A stretch of 64,000 nucleotides of DNA from Candidatus Euphemobacter frigidus (GTDB lineage: Bacteria > Auribacterota > Erginobacteria > Erginobacterales > Erginobacteraceae): assembly GCA_030765805.1 (NCBI GenBank), contig JAVCDH010000091.1, positions 19,047 to 83,046 on the forward strand, in the 5' to 3' direction. The position numbers and the translations under genes were made by a program. This document shows, one piece after another, positions 1-8,706 of the stretch. The notes below the pieces were generated by a model that did not search any database, was not told the DNA's origin, and saw nothing but the letters and a program-made list of their open reading frames with translations. The stretch's first letter is position 1. Each line of letters opens with the position of its first letter.

Positions 1-132
1 TACTTCGCGATCGTTAAGATCTTCGGCGAGAAAGGGAAGAAGAAGAAAGCCGGAGTGATCGCGATGGAGAAGGCCCTGGCTCGGGAAGAACTGGAGTACG
101 AGGCCGAGGAGCACATGGCTGGAGATATGTAA
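1..132 (+). CDS. 3' end of a CDS truncated by the window edge (product unknown)
   Basis: Frame 1 is open from base 1 (YFAIVKIFGEKGKKKKAG...EEHMAGDM) to TAA at 130-132. Confidence 0.55.
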   Translation, partial: YFAIVKIFGEKGKKKKAGVIAMEKALAREELEYEAEEHMAGDM

Positions 133-147
133 TTCTAAATTTACGAG

Positions 148-178
148 CTCCGATAAACCCCGATAAATCGGGGCGGAG
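148..178. repeat. Nested GC-rich palindrome (REP-like or terminator-like hairpin)
   Basis: CTCCG...CCCCGAT-AA-ATCGGGG-CGGAG. Confidence 0.45.
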
Positions 179-207
179 GCTGGGCCGGTTAATTTAGAAG
201 TGGCTCC

Positions 208-1527
208 ATGGAGATATCCTCTATTGTTATTGCGACCCTCCTGGGGACAGTCCTGGGAGGGTTTTTATTCTGGATTCCGGGGATCAGGTTCTTGTCCATC
301 TTTGGAATCCTGCTCAGTCAGATATCTATCCCCCCTTTGACATGGACTAATCCTGAAGTAGTATTTGTCTTTTTCATGGCCCTGACGGTGAGCGCGTCCT
401 TCGCCGAGATTATCCCCGCCTTCTTCTTCGGAGCTCCCAGCGCATCAACGATTTTTCTAGTTGTTCCCGGGCGTAGATACCTCAAGCAAGGCTGCTCATA
501 CCAGGGGAGTATGACGGTGGGTCTGGGCAGCTTGATCGGCGTCTTCCTCCTGGTTGCCGCCACCCCTTTCTTCATTTACCTCTATACCCCCCTCTTCAAG
601 TTAATCAGAATGTATTACCGCTGGGTACCGGGTATTCTGGTGCTTTATATGGTAGGAGGAGAGTTCATCTTTCATCTCCGGCAAGTTCTTCGCTTCCACC
701 GGAAAGATGAATACCGGGCTCTCTTTATTGCTCCGGTAATATTTCTTCTTATCGGTCTCTTCGGAGTAATATCACTTCAATACCGGCAATTTGCCATCGT
801 TGACCACCAGGGGACATTCTCTTCCGCTTTTGCCGGACTCTTCCTCCTCCCTCCTCTCATCCGGCGTCTGATAAGACCGGTGGGGGGTAAGCTGGAAGAA
901 GATAATATACCAGTCTTTGGTGGTAGGAGAGCCGGCATCCTGGGAGGTATAGCCGGCGGGATCGGCGGTTTTCTAACCCTGCTACTGCCTGCTGTCTCAT
1001 CCGGGCTCGGGGCTCTCATAGCCGGTCACTTCATACCCCGGAGGAAAGAGAAAGCTTTCTTGATCTCCCAGGGGATGGTTAAGACTATCTATTCGGCAGG
1101 AGCTTTTCTCCTCTTCTTTATTCCCACCATTGCTTTTAAGCGGGGAAGCACTGCATCTATTCTAAAATCTCGCTACCATGCGGACCGAAATTTACAGTCT
1201 TTTCTTTTAATAGTCGCAGTAGTGCTCATCAGCGGGTGTCTTTCTTATTATATCCTTGGGTTAACCTCCCGTCTGGCCCGGCGGATCGTCAGGAAGGTCA
1301 CCTCCAAGATTTTATCTAGCGTGATTATCGGCCTCGTTACAGCGATTATCTTCTTCCGCTATGGCCCGGAGTATATGCTGATCTTATTTACAGCCGCCTG
1401 TCTGGGCAGTCTTCCGCTGGTCTTCGGCTGTCGCCGCAGCAATACCTTCTCCGTCATCCTTGTCCCGATTCTATTATTTATGATGGGATGGTATCAGACG
1501 GTAATTAATTTCCTGGGCTTTTTTTAA
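208..1527 (+). CDS. Tripartite tricarboxylate transporter TctA-like (DUF112-type) permease
   Basis: About 12 hydrophobic segments; IPAFFFGAP...VVPGRRYLKQG resembles the TctA 'P..f.g.P.....lPg..l...G' motif. Confidence 0.65.
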   Translation: MEISSIVIATLLGTVLGGFLFWIPGIRFLSIFGILLSQISIPPLTWTNPEVVFVFFMALTVSASFAEIIPAFFFGAPSASTIFLVVPGRRYLKQGCSYQGSMTVGLGSLIGVFLLVAATPFFIYLYTPLFKLIRMYYRWVPGILVLYMVGGEFIFHLRQVLRFHRKDEYRALFIAPVIFLLIGLFGVISLQYRQFAIVDHQGTFSSAFAGLFLLPPLIRRLIRPVGGKLEEDNIPVFGGRRAGILGGIAGGIGGFLTLLLPAVSSGLGALIAGHFIPRRKEKAFLISQGMVKTIYSAGAFLLFFIPTIAFKRGSTASILKSRYHADRNLQSFLLIVAVVLISGCLSYYILGLTSRLARRIVRKVTSKILSSVIIGLVTAIIFFRYGPEYMLILFTAACLGSLPLVFGCRRSNTFSVILVPILLFMMGWYQTVINFLGFF

Positions 1528-1554
1528 ATTTCCCTCGGGGGAAATTTAAAAAAA
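1519..1554. terminator. Perfect 16-bp AT-rich hairpin overlapping the stop codon
   Basis: TTTTTTTAAATTTCCC-TCGG-GGGAAATTTAAAAAAA. Confidence 0.55.
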
Positions 1555-1673
1555 CTTTCTTGTCACTCCGTCTTCCATATTCTGACCTCCGACTTTCGAT
1601 CGATGATTGACAATTGGGCAAGGGATTTTTTAAGATAGCGGAGTATCATCGAAATTGGGAGAAGAAAGAAAAA

Positions 1674-2723
1674 ATGCCGGAGGGAGACAGAAGCCGCGTC
1701 TCCCCGGAGGTCTTCGGGCTTCCGGTGGAGGAGATCAAGGCCGGGTTATATTCGGATAAGTACTTCGTCCGTTCCGGGGAGATCCTGAAGAGAGAAGGCC
1801 ATCATCCCCGGGTGTTGATGCAGGTCTTCGCCCGTAAACGGGGGATCATCTGCGGGATGGATGAGGCAATCGCAGTCTTGAAACTCTGCGCGGAGAAGCC
1901 GGAGGAGCTCGTCATCCACGCTCACTTCGACGGCGATCCTTTTGAGCCGATGGAGACGGTGATGACGATTGAGGGGGATTACTCCACCTTTGCCTACCTG
2001 GAGACGGTCTACCTGGGGATAATCGCCCGGGGTTCGGCGGTGGCCACCGCGGTCCGGGAAGTGGTGGAGGCGGCGGAGGACAAACCCATCCTCTTCTTCC
2101 CGGCCCGGTTTGACGGGTACGGTGCCCAGCCCCGGGACGGGTATGCCGCTCATATCGGCGGAGCCTTCGGGGTCTCCACCGACGCTCAGGCCGGGTGGTG
2201 GGGCGGCAGCGGCCTGGGAACCGTTCCCCACGGACTGATTGCCGCGTATGGGGGAGATACGGTCAAGGCCACCCTCGCCTTCGACCGGCAGATGCCGGAA
2301 GAGATTAAACGGATTGCCCTGGTTGATTTCGAGAACGACTCCGTCCGTACCTCATTGGAAGTGGCCCGGGCCCTGGGAGAACGCCTCTTCGCGGTCCGGC
2401 TTGATACCGCCTCCGATCTCCGGGACGTTTCGGTGGTTTCCGATTCAGAAGATTCTTACGGGGTCTGTCCGGAGCTGGTATGGAATGTCCGCCGGGCTCT
2501 CGATGAGAACGGTTTTAATCATGTCAAGATCGTTATCAGCGGGGGTTTCACAGCGGAGAAGATCCGGCGGTTCAGTAAATTACAGGTCCCCTTCGATATA
2601 GTTGGAGTCGGCTCAGCGCTTCTCCAGACCCAGATTGATTTTACAGCTGACGTAGTAATGGTCGATGGCAAACCCTGCGCCAAAGTCGGTCGAGAAGTTA
2701 GATTTCACAAGGATCAGAATTGA
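1674..2723 (+). CDS. Nicotinate phosphoribosyltransferase (NAPRTase/QPRTase-like family)
   Basis: YSDKYF, GTVPHGL, ALVDF.ND, VRLDT, ISGG, GVGS motifs; ATG 1674 preferred over 1614. Confidence 0.8.
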   Translation: MPEGDRSRVSPEVFGLPVEEIKAGLYSDKYFVRSGEILKREGHHPRVLMQVFARKRGIICGMDEAIAVLKLCAEKPEELVIHAHFDGDPFEPMETVMTIEGDYSTFAYLETVYLGIIARGSAVATAVREVVEAAEDKPILFFPARFDGYGAQPRDGYAAHIGGAFGVSTDAQAGWWGGSGLGTVPHGLIAAYGGDTVKATLAFDRQMPEEIKRIALVDFENDSVRTSLEVARALGERLFAVRLDTASDLRDVSVVSDSEDSYGVCPELVWNVRRALDENGFNHVKIVISGGFTAEKIRRFSKLQVPFDIVGVGSALLQTQIDFTADVVMVDGKPCAKVGREVRFHKDQN

Positions 2724-2747
2724 CAAACTCGGGCCGAATTGAACGCG

Positions 2748-3350
2748 ATGAGCGATAATGAGTCTAAAAAATTGGCTGATAAAAAGGATGATTTTGAGCT
2801 GGTCCGCGCGACCCGAAAAGGCGACAGGGAAGCATTCGGAGAACTGGTGCGGAAGTACCAGGGGAAGATCTACTCGCTTGCCTACGGTATGGTCGGCAAT
2901 CCAGCCGCCGCCGACGATCTGGCCCAGGAGATCTTCCTGAAGACCTACCGGAATATCAAGAAGTTCCGGTTTAAGTCGAGTTTCTACACCTGGCTCTATC
3001 GGATTGCCCTCAACACGGTTATTACGCGCCGGAAGAAACTTCGGGAAGATAAGCATCTGGAACTTAAGCCTCAGATCCTGGATATCCAGGGGAGCCCGTA
3101 TCTCCCGGCCCGGCTCCAGGGGGAGAAGGGGGACCGGGCGATGACCCGAAAGGAGCTGAGACGTGATATCCGCCAGGCGTTGGAGACACTCTCCGATAAG
3201 CACAAGGCGGTTGTGGTCATGCACGATATTGAAGGTATTCCTCATAATGATATCGCCGGGATTATCTCCTGTTCGGAAGGTACCGTCAGGTCGCGACTTC
3301 ATTACGCGCGCCGCCGACTCCGCGAGCAACTGGCCAACTGGCTGGAGTAG
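2748..3350 (+). CDS. ECF (sigma-70 group 4) RNA polymerase sigma factor
   Basis: GDREAFGELV, DLAQEIF, SFYTWLYRIALN (region 2); EGTVRSRLHYAR (region 4). Confidence 0.92.
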   Translation: MSDNESKKLADKKDDFELVRATRKGDREAFGELVRKYQGKIYSLAYGMVGNPAAADDLAQEIFLKTYRNIKKFRFKSSFYTWLYRIALNTVITRRKKLREDKHLELKPQILDIQGSPYLPARLQGEKGDRAMTRKELRRDIRQALETLSDKHKAVVVMHDIEGIPHNDIAGIISCSEGTVRSRLHYARRRLREQLANWLE

Positions 3351-3371
3351 AGATATAAATGATGTGACGCT

Positions 3372-3923
3372 ATGCTCTGCAAGCAATTTAAAAAAAATGT
3401 CTGGGATTTTTTAGACGGTCGGCTGGCCGGTCGACCGGCTGATTTATACTCCGCCCATCTTAAAGACTGCCCCCGGTGCCGGGATACTCTGGCTCGGGCC
3501 CGGAGGCTGCTTGAGCTTTTGAAGGACGAATCGGTTCCGTTGCCTCCAGCCGCTTATCGGGATTCATTCTGGCCGCGACTGAGAGAGAGAATATCCGCCG
3601 AAGGCCGGCCCGCCCGCCCCCGATTCGTGCTTCGGTTCAACCCTCTTTCTTATGCCGCCATAGGGGCCGCGGCCGCGGCTCTCGTTCTCTGGATCTCGCT
3701 CCGGGAGTCTCCATCACCTTTTTTCCGGCCAATGGAGGGGAGAAGGGCCGGTCGTCCAGCGAATTTTGCCATGGCTATTGCCGGCCCGACCGCCGGGAAG
3801 GACGCACCGGAGGTTGATTACATCTCCGGGCGGTCCGGAAGCGTTGGAGGAAGAGAAAGAGCCGGTACTGATTATATCCTTCCCGGTGCCACCGGGAGTT
3901 GTGGCGGCCGGTTTGAAGTGTAG
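3372..3923 (+). CDS. Anti-sigma factor with zf-HC2 zinc motif and one TM helix
   Basis: C...HLKDCPRC (HxxxCxxC), central hydrophobic segment, directly follows the ECF sigma. Confidence 0.8.
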   Translation: MLCKQFKKNVWDFLDGRLAGRPADLYSAHLKDCPRCRDTLARARRLLELLKDESVPLPPAAYRDSFWPRLRERISAEGRPARPRFVLRFNPLSYAAIGAAAAALVLWISLRESPSPFFRPMEGRRAGRPANFAMAIAGPTAGKDAPEVDYISGRSGSVGGRERAGTDYILPGATGSCGGRFEV

Positions 3924-3932
3924 GCCTTCATT

Positions 3933-3962
3933 AACTCTCCCGTCTCTGACGGGGGAGTTTTG
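3933..3962 (+). terminator. Probable intrinsic terminator after the anti-sigma gene
   Basis: AACTCTCCCGTC-TCT-GACGGGGGAGTT followed by a short T run. Confidence 0.55.
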
Positions 3963-4082
3963 CTTCTGTCGACCTTCCTTCGGCTTTGCTCAGGATCTTC
4001 GAAAAGGTTGATAGCTACGGCATTTTTGTACTATATTTTTGTAGTTGCCCCGTTGGACCGGGCTAATTTATGAGGAGGTTGA

Positions 4083-5249
4083 ATGAATAAGACACTGATA
4101 GTGACTTCCGCGGCACTCTTGCTCCTGGGCCCGATTTTCATACGACCCGGAATAACCCAAGAGAGATCGTTAATCTCCCAACTGGAAAAGGAGACAGTAG
4201 AGATCGTGCGTCGTTGCGGGCCGGCGGTGGTATCGGTGACCACGGAGCCGGTCTATCCCCACTGGTGGGATAACCTGAAAGGAGAAGAACTGCCGGCCTG
4301 GATTGAAGAGTTTTTAAAGAGTGATCTCGGGAGTCGCAAACGACGCTCCACCGGGGCCGGTTTTCTTATCAGTTCCGATGGGAAGATTTTAACCACGGAG
4401 AGTGTGATAGGCCGGGCCCGCCAGATTACGGTTGCTCTGGAAGACGGCCGGGTTCTCCCGGCCCGGGTGTTGGGAAAGTCCCCGGACTTCAATATCGCGT
4501 TACTGAAAGTTGATGGGAAGGACTTACCCTGTCTCTCCCTGGGTAACTCGTCCGCGGCGCAGGGCGGCTCCTGGGTGATCGCCCTGGGCCGGCCGTTTGG
4601 TCTGGCTACCAGCGCCTCCTGGGGGATTGTCAGTGGGTTGGGACGCGCGGGCTTGGGGATCGCTCCCTACGAGAAACTTATGCAGATCACCGCGCCGATT
4701 AACCCGGGCGACAGCGGCGGGCCGATCCTGAACTCCCGGGGGGAGGTGATCGGGATTATTGCGGCCAGTTTTTCCGGGTACCGCGAGTTTGAATTTGACT
4801 GGGACTTTATTCGCCGCTTTCACCGCGCTTTTCCTGATTCCCCGGGAATATCTCCGGGGTCATTCTTCCAGAACAGCCAGGCCTATGGGGTGGGCTTTGC
4901 CATCCCGATTGATCTGGCCAGGGAAGTTATCGCCCACCTTTCGAAAAACAAAGGTTTCAGCCGGGGTTGGATCGGTGTTTACCCGAAGGCTCTAACTGGA
5001 AAAAAGGGGGTGGCGGTTACTGAACTCTCCCCGGATGGTCCGGGCGCCCGGGCCGGCCTACGGGGAGGAGATATCATTAGCAGCGTGAACGGCCAACCGG
5101 TCGATTCGCCGCGGAGCCTTCAGAAGATGATTCTCTTCTTGCCGGCCGGGGAGACGATTGACATGAAGATAATGAGGGAAGGGGAGATCATGACGTTCCC
5201 GGTTGTGGTTGGAGAGAAGTCCGAAGGTGGTAAGGGAGAACGTCCGTGA
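4083..5249 (+). CDS. HtrA/DegP-family trypsin-like domain + PDZ protein, catalytic triad degenerate
   Basis: Signal peptide, GAGFLIS, APINPGDSGGP, GFAIP, C-terminal PDZ (GWIGV...AGLRGGDII). Confidence 0.85.
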   Translation: MNKTLIVTSAALLLLGPIFIRPGITQERSLISQLEKETVEIVRRCGPAVVSVTTEPVYPHWWDNLKGEELPAWIEEFLKSDLGSRKRRSTGAGFLISSDGKILTTESVIGRARQITVALEDGRVLPARVLGKSPDFNIALLKVDGKDLPCLSLGNSSAAQGGSWVIALGRPFGLATSASWGIVSGLGRAGLGIAPYEKLMQITAPINPGDSGGPILNSRGEVIGIIAASFSGYREFEFDWDFIRRFHRAFPDSPGISPGSFFQNSQAYGVGFAIPIDLAREVIAHLSKNKGFSRGWIGVYPKALTGKKGVAVTELSPDGPGARAGLRGGDIISSVNGQPVDSPRSLQKMILFLPAGETIDMKIMREGEIMTFPVVVGEKSEGGKGERP

Positions 5250-6175
5250 AGAGAAGAGGATTTTCCATGTTAGGGTTGGCCGGCTTGCTTTTCTTCGTCA
5301 TCATCGGTCCGGCCGCAGCCCGCACTATTCCCCGGATTACGGCCACGCTCGATAAAGACCGGGTAGCAGTCGGAGACACCATTCTCCTCACGATATCCGC
5401 CGCCTGGGCCGGTGAGGCCTCCGAGTTTGTATTTCTCCCTCCCCAGCCTCCGGAGTTCCGGGGTCTGGAAATGACCGGCTCCGCCCAGAAAAGCGTGGTC
5501 TATCGAACCGATGGGAAGCTGCACCAGGTTTGGGAATACCTCTTTACCCTTAAAGGGGAAGATAAGGGCACCGCCCGGGTAGGGGTGGTACGGATTCTCT
5601 ACCACCGTCACGGAGAGGAAGAGGTACACTCGTTAACTACCGAACCACTGGAGGTAACGATCTTCTCGGGAGGAGTGGCCTTCTTCTCATCGATCGGTAG
5701 TGCTCTTCTCACGATCGGAGTGGTAATGGTGGCAGTTATCATCATCGTTGTCTATGTGAGGTGGACCATCCGACGCTATAAAAATAAATCGAACGAAGTC
5801 ATCGCGGATTACGTTAAAAATCTGGAAGCGGAGAGTCTCAAGGAATTAGACCACCTCCGGAAGCTTAAAGTCCAGGGGAATATCGACGGATATCTGGAGG
5901 GGATCTGGAAGATACTGGCCGACTACCTGGAGAAGAAATATACCATAACCATCTCGCCCGAAAGCTTTCGTGAGGTGCTGGAGGGAGAGAGGGCATCGGC
6001 CCTCTCGGAAGAAGCGGCAGCGGAACTGGCCCGGATTCTGAAGGTGTTGGAAGAAAGCCGGTTTGGAAGCTACCGGGCGGAGAACCGGGGACCGGATGAT
6101 ATCTTAAAACGAGTCTATTCATTCATTGAATCACAACAATCGCAAACCAAAGGAGAACGGAATTATGAGCATTGA
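5246..6175 (+). CDS. BatD-like exported Ig-fold protein with TM anchor
   Basis: Signal peptide, ATLDKDRVAVGD motif, TM helix, C-terminal helical domain; next to moxR. Confidence 0.55.
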   Translation: MKRRGFSMLGLAGLLFFVIIGPAAARTIPRITATLDKDRVAVGDTILLTISAAWAGEASEFVFLPPQPPEFRGLEMTGSAQKSVVYRTDGKLHQVWEYLFTLKGEDKGTARVGVVRILYHRHGEEEVHSLTTEPLEVTIFSGGVAFFSSIGSALLTIGVVMVAVIIIVVYVRWTIRRYKNKSNEVIADYVKNLEAESLKELDHLRKLKVQGNIDGYLEGIWKILADYLEKKYTITISPESFREVLEGERASALSEEAAAELARILKVLEESRFGSYRAENRGPDDILKRVYSFIESQQSQTKGERNYEH

Positions 6176-7154
6176 CATTCAGGAGATCAACGAGAGAGTT
6201 AAGGTTGCCGGCGAGTTTGTTGAGAAGATTCGGGCGGAGATCGGCAAGGTCATCGTAGGACAGACTTACCTGGTCGACCGGCTCTTGCTGGGTTTACTGG
6301 CCAACGGGCATATTCTAATTGAAGGTGTTCCCGGTCTGGCCAAGAGCATGTCGGTCCGGGTCCTGGCCCGGGCCATCAATACCTCTTATCAGAGGATCCA
6401 ATTCACGCCCGATCTTCTGCCGGCAGACCTCCTCGGCACCCTGGTCTACAACCCGAAGACCGGCGAGTTCACCACCAAGAAAGGCCCGATCTTTTCTAAT
6501 ATCATTCTGGCCGATGAGATCAATCGGGCCCCGGCCAAGGTCCAGTCGGCGCTGCTGGAAGCGATGCAGGAACGCCAGGTCACTATCGGCCGGGAGACCT
6601 TTCCCCTCTCCGAGCCGTTCATGGTCATGGCTACCCAGAACCCGATCGAGCAGGAAGGGACCTATCCACTCCCGGAGGCTCAGGTGGACCGCTTCATGCT
6701 GAAGCTGGTTCTGGATTACCCTGATAAGAAGGAAGAGAAGGCGATCATGGACCGGATGGCGGTAACCAACTATGAACTCCAGGTTCAGCCGGTTGTCGAA
6801 CCGGAGGAGATTATCAAGGCCCGCTCGGTCGTGGACATGATCTATATCGACGAAAAAGTCAAAGATTACATCCTCGATCTGGTCTTCGCCTCCCGGGAGC
6901 CGGAACAGTACGGGCTTAAGATAGGGGATTTTATCCAGTACGGGGCTTCCCCCCGGGCTACCATCTATCTAACAGTTGCTTCCAAGGCCTACGCTTTTAT
7001 CAAAGGTAGAGGGTATGTAACTCCCCAGGATGTCAAGACGATCGGTCAGGATGTCCTCCGGCACCGGGTGATCGTCAGCTACGAGGCGGAAGCGGAAGAT
7101 CTCACCTCCGAGGACCTGATCCGGAAGATCTTTGATCAGGTGGAAGTGCCTTGA
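6165..7154 (+). CDS. moxR: MoxR family AAA+ ATPase
   Basis: EGVPGLAKS Walker A, RIQFTPDLLPAD, ILADEINRAPAKVQSALLEAM, ATQNPIEQEGTYPLPEAQ.DRF. Confidence 0.95.
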   Translation: MSIDIQEINERVKVAGEFVEKIRAEIGKVIVGQTYLVDRLLLGLLANGHILIEGVPGLAKSMSVRVLARAINTSYQRIQFTPDLLPADLLGTLVYNPKTGEFTTKKGPIFSNIILADEINRAPAKVQSALLEAMQERQVTIGRETFPLSEPFMVMATQNPIEQEGTYPLPEAQVDRFMLKLVLDYPDKKEEKAIMDRMAVTNYELQVQPVVEPEEIIKARSVVDMIYIDEKVKDYILDLVFASREPEQYGLKIGDFIQYGASPRATIYLTVASKAYAFIKGRGYVTPQDVKTIGQDVLRHRVIVSYEAEAEDLTSEDLIRKIFDQVEVP

Positions 7155-7308
7155 TGGTGACTGGGGACTGGTGACTGGTGACTGGGGATTGGTGACTGGG
7201 GACTGGGGACTGGTGACTGGGGACTGGGGATTGGTGACTGGGGACTGGGGACTGGTGACTGGGGACTGGGGATTGGTGACTGGGGACTGGGGATTGGTGA
7301 CTGGGGAC
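7155..7308 (+). repeat. Tandem array of 22 heptamers TGG(T/G)GA(C/T)
   Basis: 154 bp = 22 x 7, beginning on the base after the moxR TGA. Confidence 0.95.
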
Positions 7309-7377
7309 TGGATAGCAAAGTTATACTAGTTTTTGACTAGTCGGATACAAAAGCAAAGGAAAACCTAAGTGGTTGGT

Positions 7378-7734
7378 ATGAGGTCACATGAGGATTTAGA
7401 GGTTTGGAAGAGATCAATTGATTTAACTGTTCGAATTTATCGAATTACCGCCGGATTTCCTGATTCAGAAAAATTTGGTTTATCTTCTCAACTGCGGAGA
7501 GCAACAGTCTCTGTCAGCAGCAATATCGCAGAAGGAGCAGCGCAAGGAACTACAAAATCTTTTATAAATTTTCTGTATATTTCTCGAGGATCTATATCTG
7601 AAGTAGGCACCCAAGTTGAGATAGCAAGGAGATTACGGCTCATTGATACCGAAGTACATAAAGAATTGAAGGGAGAGATTATTATTATTGGAAAGATGCT
7701 TACTAATTTAATCAAACGTTTGAAACAAAGTTGA
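7378..7734 (+). CDS. Four helix bundle protein (23S rRNA intervening-sequence protein / Avd-like family)
   Basis: HEDLEVWKRS, FPDSEKFGLSSQLRRA.VS.SSNIAEG, FLYISRGS.SE..TQ family motifs; alternative GTG start at 7369. Confidence 0.9.
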   Translation: MRSHEDLEVWKRSIDLTVRIYRITAGFPDSEKFGLSSQLRRATVSVSSNIAEGAAQGTTKSFINFLYISRGSISEVGTQVEIARRLRLIDTEVHKELKGEIIIIGKMLTNLIKRLKQS

Positions 7735-7781
7735 TATCTAAGATTTTGCGAATAAGTTGATTTATACTTTTTGTTGAGAAA

Positions 7782-7817
7782 CCAGTCCCCAGTCACCAAT
7801 CACCAGTCCCCAGTCAC
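7782..7817 (-). repeat. Five heptamers, reverse complement of the 7155 array
   Basis: CCAGTCC CCAGTCA CCAATCA CCAGTCC CCAGTCA C. Confidence 0.92.
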
Positions 7818-7827
7818 TATACATACC

Positions 7828-8706
7828 ATGCTTCCCAAAGAAATAATCAAGAAGATCCAGCGGATCCGGATCCGGACCAACCGGATAGTCAGCGATGTCT
7901 TCTCTGGAGAGTACCAGAGCGTCTTTAAAGGGCGGGGGATGGAGTTTGACGAGGTGCGGGAGTACCAGCCCGGCGACGAGGTTCGGGATATCGACTGGAA
8001 CGTGACCGCCCGCTATGGGCGCCCGTTTATAAAGAAGTATGTGGAAGAGCGGGAACTCACCGTTATGCTTCTGGTGGACGCCAGCGCGAGCAGCCGGTTC
8101 GGAACCCGACAAGAGTTCAAAAGTGAACTGGCGGCGGAGCTCTGCGCGGTCCTGGCCTTCTCCGCGATCCGGAACAAGGACAAGGTGGGGTTGATTATCT
8201 TCACCGACCGGATCGAGAAGTTTGTCCCCCCGGCCAAGGGAAGCCGCCATGTCCTGCGGGTGATCAGGGAGCTTCTCTACTTCAAACCGGAGGGCGAGGG
8301 AACCGATATCGAGCTGGCCCTCGGCTACCTGAACCGGGTCACCCACCGCCGGACCGTCACCTTCCTGGTCTCGGATTTCAAGACCGCCGGCTACGACAAA
8401 GCCCTGAAGATCGCCAATAAACGCCATGATATTATCTCAGTCATGATCAGCGATCCCCGGGAGATGGAACTGCCCCCGGTCGGGCTGATCCGTCTCCGGG
8501 ACGCGGAGAGCGGGGAAGAGATCCTGGTTGACAGCCGGGATGAGAGGACCCGTCACCTTTACCGGGAAAGAGGCCGGGAAGTAGAAGATGAGATTCTCAG
8601 GATCTTCCGATCAACCGACGTGGATTGCATTCGGGTCAGCACCGATCGCCCATACGTACAGGCCCTGATGCGGTTCTTCCACCGCCGGGAGCGGAGGATG
8701 CATTGA
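7828..8706 (+). CDS. DUF58 (vWA-like) protein, MoxR partner
   Basis: SVFKGRGMEFDEVREYQPGD.VR.IDWNVTAR, YVEERELTV.LLVDAS.S; ATG 7828 lies after the repeat. Confidence 0.92.
   Translation: MLPKEIIKKIQRIRIRTNRIVSDVFSGEYQSVFKGRGMEFDEVREYQPGDEVRDIDWNVTARYGRPFIKKYVEERELTVMLLVDASASSRFGTRQEFKSELAAELCAVLAFSAIRNKDKVGLIIFTDRIEKFVPPAKGSRHVLRVIRELLYFKPEGEGTDIELALGYLNRVTHRRTVTFLVSDFKTAGYDKALKIANKRHDIISVMISDPREMELPPVGLIRLRDAESGEEILVDSRDERTRHLYRERGREVEDEILRIFRSTDVDCIRVSTDRPYVQALMRFFHRRERRMH

Larger units (their letters stand above)
7155..7817 (+). mobile_element. Putative IVS-like cassette: four-helix-bundle gene between inverted heptamer arrays
   Basis: AT-rich insert separating moxR from DUF58; 7276-7311 and 7782-7817 form a 36-bp inverted repeat with one mismatch. 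Confidence 0.65.

Noticed and set aside
7155..7308. CRISPR array
   Set aside because: Contiguous 7-nt units with no unique spacers, and no cas genes in the window.
7132..7329. ORFs with GDWGLVT / SPQSPIP repeats (7132-7329 plus, 7136-7318 minus)
   Set aside because: They are translations of the heptamer array, with no RBS or independent coding signal.
7378..7734. Diversity-generating retroelement (Avd-like gene)
   Set aside because: No reverse transcriptase is present. The only ~110-bp repeat pair is intergenic and its mismatches are not confined to adenines, so it is not a TR/VR pair.
7155..7817. True 23S rRNA intervening sequence
   Set aside because: The flanks are protein-coding genes and no rRNA sequence is present.
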